Assembly (NCBI GenBank): GCA_963750435.1
Contig: CAVVQW010000008.1
Coordinates: forward strand, 20,844 to 84,843
Reading direction: 5' to 3'
Source of the DNA: an uncultured Actinomycetota bacterium
GTDB lineage: Bacteria > Actinomycetota > Actinomycetes > Propionibacteriales > Nocardioidaceae
Length of the DNA: 64,000 nt
The position numbers were made by a program, and so were the translations under genes. This document shows positions 61,044-64,000 of the stretch, in pieces. The first letter of the stretch is position 1. Every line of letters starts with the position of its first letter. Under the pieces are notes generated by a model. That model had not been told where the DNA came from and made no database searches. It saw nothing but the letters and a program-made list of their open reading frames with translations.

Positions 61044-63110
61044 TCAACCCGGGGTGAGCACCCCGTCGTCGACCAGCCGGCGGAAGAGGTACGGCGCCAA
61101 CGTGCGGGCGTAGGTGACCGAGACGTGGTTGCTGTCGACGTAGACGTCGACCCCGCCGATCACCACCGGGCAGACCTGGCCGCGGCAGTAGAAGTCGGTC
61201 AGGTCGGCCACCGTCGTCCCGGGGGTACGCCGGGCGGCCGCGGAGAGCGCGTCGAAGCGGCGGTCGAGGTCGGGGCCGCGGTCGAAGGCGCAGCGGTCGG
61301 CCCCCGCGACGCCCTCGCGGGACAGGCACAGGTTGGGGTTCTCCGCCGCGGTGGTGCCGCCGGGGTTGTCGCGCACGACCACGACGGGGACACCGAGCCG
61401 GGTGACCGGGCGCCAGGCCTGGGCGAACCCCCGCACCCGCTGCTCGCGGGAGCCCCGCAGCGTGCTGACCCGGGCGGTGGTCAGGATCGCGTCGTACCCC
61501 TGGGCCGTGCGCTGCAGCAGCGGCCCCAGCTGCTCGCGGAAGGTCGAGCAGCGGCGACCGGCCTCGTCGTCCTGGGGCGTCGTGGTCGACCAGGGGCAGC
61601 CACCGAGCACCAGCATGTCGGCGCTGACCAGACCGGTGTCGACCATCTTCTCCACCATGCTCATCAGCACCCGGGCGTGGGAGTCGCCGACCACCGCGAT
61701 GTGCGGCTTGCGCCCGTCGTCGGTGCCGAAGCGGCACGGCTCGACCGGGTCGCCCAGCAGCGGGGCGTTGCAGCGCTCGTACTGCGGCCAGTCCTTCGCC
61801 GCGGCCGCCGGCGTCGGGACCAAGGTGCCCTCGAGCGCGGGGTTGGGGCAGCCGGGAGCCCCGGGGGCCATGGCCGCAGCCCCGAAGCACGGCGGGGCGT
61901 CCTTCGCGATCCGCGCGGCCGCCTGCTCGGCGGCGGCGTTCTCCCGCGCCACCGCGACCCGGGGGCCGACGCAGACGACCGTGAGCACGACGGCGCCCAG
62001 GGCTGCGTAGGCGAAGGTGGTGCGCGGTCGGGGCAGCCCGAGCCGGCGGGTGGTCCGCACCGGGTCCTCGACGTACCTCTTGGTCAGCGCGGCCAGCCCG
62101 ATCGTGGCCAGCAGGATCGAGACCTTGTCGACGGTGGTCAGCGGGTGGCCGGTCGCGTAGGGCAGCAGGATCACCAACGGCCAGTGCCAGAGGTAGATCG
62201 AGTAGGAGATGTCGCCGATCCACTCGGCCGGGCGCCAGGTGAGCAGCCGGCCGTGCGACCAGTCGGGGTCGGGCGCGGCCACCCAGATCAGCGCCAGCGT
62301 GGCCCCCACGACGACGATCGCCGCCGTGCCCGGCATCGGGGTGTCCTTGTCCAGCACCAGCGAGCAGGACCCGAGGGTGACCAGCGCCGCCCAGCCGAGC
62401 AGGGCCCGTCCGAGGTGGCGTCCATGCACGTCGGGGGCGAAGGCGAGCAGCGCGCCCGCACCGAACTCCCACGCCCGCGCCGGGGTGACGAAGTAGGCCC
62501 AGGCCGGGTCCTGGGCCGTGATCCACAGCGAGTAGGCCAGGCTCACCGCGGTCACCACGGCCATCACCAGCAGCACGCCGCGGCGACCTCCCAGTCCCGC
62601 GGCGGCGCCGTCCGGACGGCGCCGGGAGCGGCGGGTGGCGAGCCACACCCCGAGCAGCACGAGCAGCGGCCAGACCAGGTAGAACTGCTCCTCCGCCGAC
62701 AGCGTCCAGTAGTGCTGGGCCGGCGACGGCTGGTTGTCGGCCGCCAGGTAGTCGACCGCGCCGAGGGCGAGCGCCCAGTTCTCGACGTACAGCGCGGCGG
62801 CCAGGATCTCGCCGAAGAACTGCTGCCACACCAGCCGCGGCACCCAGACGAGGACGCCCACGGCCGAGACCACGAGCACGACGTACGACGCGGGCAGCAG
62901 GCGGCGGATCCGGCGGGCCCAGAACTGCAGCAGGCTGACCGAGCCGGTGCGGTCGAGCTCGCGCAGGAGGTGCGAGGTGATCAGGAAGCCGGAGATCACG
63001 AAGAAGACGTCGACCCCGACGTAGCCGCCGGGCAGCCGGTTCGGCCACAGGTGGAAGAGCACCACCATGAGCACGGCCACCGCCCGCAGCCCCTGGATCT
63101 CGCGACGCAC
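61044..63110 (-). CDS. OafA-like acyltransferase_3 + SGNH domain O-acyltransferase
   Basis: IQGLRAVAV, GVDVFFVISGFLI, HYWTLSAEEQFY, SYSIYLWHWP, GDSHA and DSNH motifs. Confidence 0.92.
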   Translation of the reverse strand: MRREIQGLRAVAVLMVVLFHLWPNRLPGGYVGVDVFFVISGFLITSHLLRELDRTGSVSLLQFWARRIRRLLPASYVVLVVSAVGVLVWVPRLVWQQFFGEILAAALYVENWALALGAVDYLAADNQPSPAQHYWTLSAEEQFYLVWPLLVLLGVWLATRRSRRRPDGAAAGLGGRRGVLLVMAVVTAVSLAYSLWITAQDPAWAYFVTPARAWEFGAGALLAFAPDVHGRHLGRALLGWAALVTLGSCSLVLDKDTPMPGTAAIVVVGATLALIWVAAPDPDWSHGRLLTWRPAEWIGDISYSIYLWHWPLVILLPYATGHPLTTVDKVSILLATIGLAALTKRYVEDPVRTTRRLGLPRPRTTFAYAALGAVVLTVVCVGPRVAVARENAAAEQAAARIAKDAPPCFGAAAMAPGAPGCPNPALEGTLVPTPAAAAKDWPQYERCNAPLLGDPVEPCRFGTDDGRKPHIAVVGDSHARVLMSMVEKMVDTGLVSADMLVLGGCPWSTTTPQDDEAGRRCSTFREQLGPLLQRTAQGYDAILTTARVSTLRGSREQRVRGFAQAWRPVTRLGVPVVVVRDNPGGTTAAENPNLCLSREGVAGADRCAFDRGPDLDRRFDALSAAARRTPGTTVADLTDFYCRGQVCPVVIGGVDVYVDSNHVSVTYARTLAPYLFRRLVDDGVLTPG

Positions 63111-63150
63111 CGCTCGACCCTACAAAGCCCGGGGGCCCGATCGCCGCAGG

Positions 63151-63936
63151 TCAGTCACGTCGGAGCCGTCGCCGGGCACCGTGCCCCAGGCGGCGGGCCA
63201 CCCGTCGGGCGCGGCCGCCCGGGCGCGTGGTCACGACCGGGGTGTCCTCGACGGTCGGGTTCCAGTAGCGCTCGCTCGTGCGGACCGTCGAGGCATCGGG
63301 TTTGTAGAACGGCTCGACGTAGGACAGGTGCGGGCGCTCCCAGGCGATGTCACGGCGTACGACGCGGGCCGGCGAGCCGACGGCGATGCAGTTGTTCGGG
63401 ACCTTGCCGGTGACCAGGGAGTTCAGCCCGATCACGGTGCCGTCGCCCACGCGGCCGCCGGCCAGCACGATCGAGCCCAGCGCCAGCCAGACGTGGTTGC
63501 CGATGGTGATGTCCTCGGCCGGGTTCACCCGCAGGCCGGTGTGCACGTCGAAGATCGGGTGGCCGTCGTCGGCGCGGATCTGGTTCTGGCTGGCGATCAT
63601 CACGTCGTTGCCGATGCGCACCGTCACGCCCTCGACGGCCGACACGATGCAGACCCCGGTGCTCGACACGTTGTCGCCGATGGACACCGTGGCGTCCTGG
63701 CCGACGCGGATCCCCCACAGCCCGCCCTTGACCCGCCGGTTGTGGCCGATCGTGAGGGTGCCGTTGTCGCAGTCGAAGACCACCGACAGCTTCTCGATGC
63801 GGCAGCCCTCGGCGATCACGACCCGGTTGTTCCGGCCGCGGAAGGTGATCGCGATGTTCTTCTCGTACGCCGCGGACGTGACGACCTCGTTCCCGTCCTC
63901 GTCGCTGTAGGGCTCGAGGATCGTCAGCTTGCGCAC
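63151..63936 (-). CDS. Hexapeptide-repeat (LbH) O-acetyltransferase
   Basis: IGDNV/IGNDV/IGNHVW repeats, DGHPIFD and GSPARVVR motifs. Confidence 0.88.
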   Translation of the reverse strand: MRKLTILEPYSDEDGNEVVTSAAYEKNIAITFRGRNNRVVIAEGCRIEKLSVVFDCDNGTLTIGHNRRVKGGLWGIRVGQDATVSIGDNVSSTGVCIVSAVEGVTVRIGNDVMIASQNQIRADDGHPIFDVHTGLRVNPAEDITIGNHVWLALGSIVLAGGRVGDGTVIGLNSLVTGKVPNNCIAVGSPARVVRRDIAWERPHLSYVEPFYKPDASTVRTSERYWNPTVEDTPVVTTRPGGRARRVARRLGHGARRRLRRD

Positions 63937-64000
63937 CCGGCGATCGTACGGCGGACCGGCCCGCTCAGCTCTCGTAGGACTCCCCGCCGAGCTTGACCGG

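Overview
High-GC actinobacterial chromosomal DNA, most like Nocardioides (inferred from gene style and REP family). It carries about 50 mostly metabolic and regulatory genes: ppc, two glycosyltransferases, a TetR/acyl-CoA dehydrogenase/SDR unit, an amidase, a DUF222-HNH endonuclease, an AceE-like TPP enzyme, a MASE1-type sensor kinase, a damaged adh and ald with an Lrp regulator, a ROK-zwf-edd-eda Entner-Doudoroff cluster, an alkB-rubredoxin fusion with a TetR, and an ExeM/NucH nuclease. A 4,320-bp tandem duplication covers ppgK, an AKR, an ACAD and an SDR. After it come a two-component system divergent from a DUF4956-VTC-PAP2 operon and two O-acyl/acetyltransferases. I found no rRNA, tRNA, true CRISPR array or IS transposase. 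The most notable unexplained structures are: (i) an HNH gene with an upstream SOS box, bracketed by inverted REP-like repeats; (ii) the same REP family inserted in-frame in two proteins; (iii) a VTC operon whose PAP2 has rearranged catalytic motifs; (iv) three phased operators upstream of alkB; (v) three palindromes at 52-bp period at the duplication edge. At least seven genes are frameshifted or lack a stop, and 18.65-20.1 kb is heavily garbled, so the consensus probably contains sequencing errors. All calls were made by eye from motifs; no database search was run.
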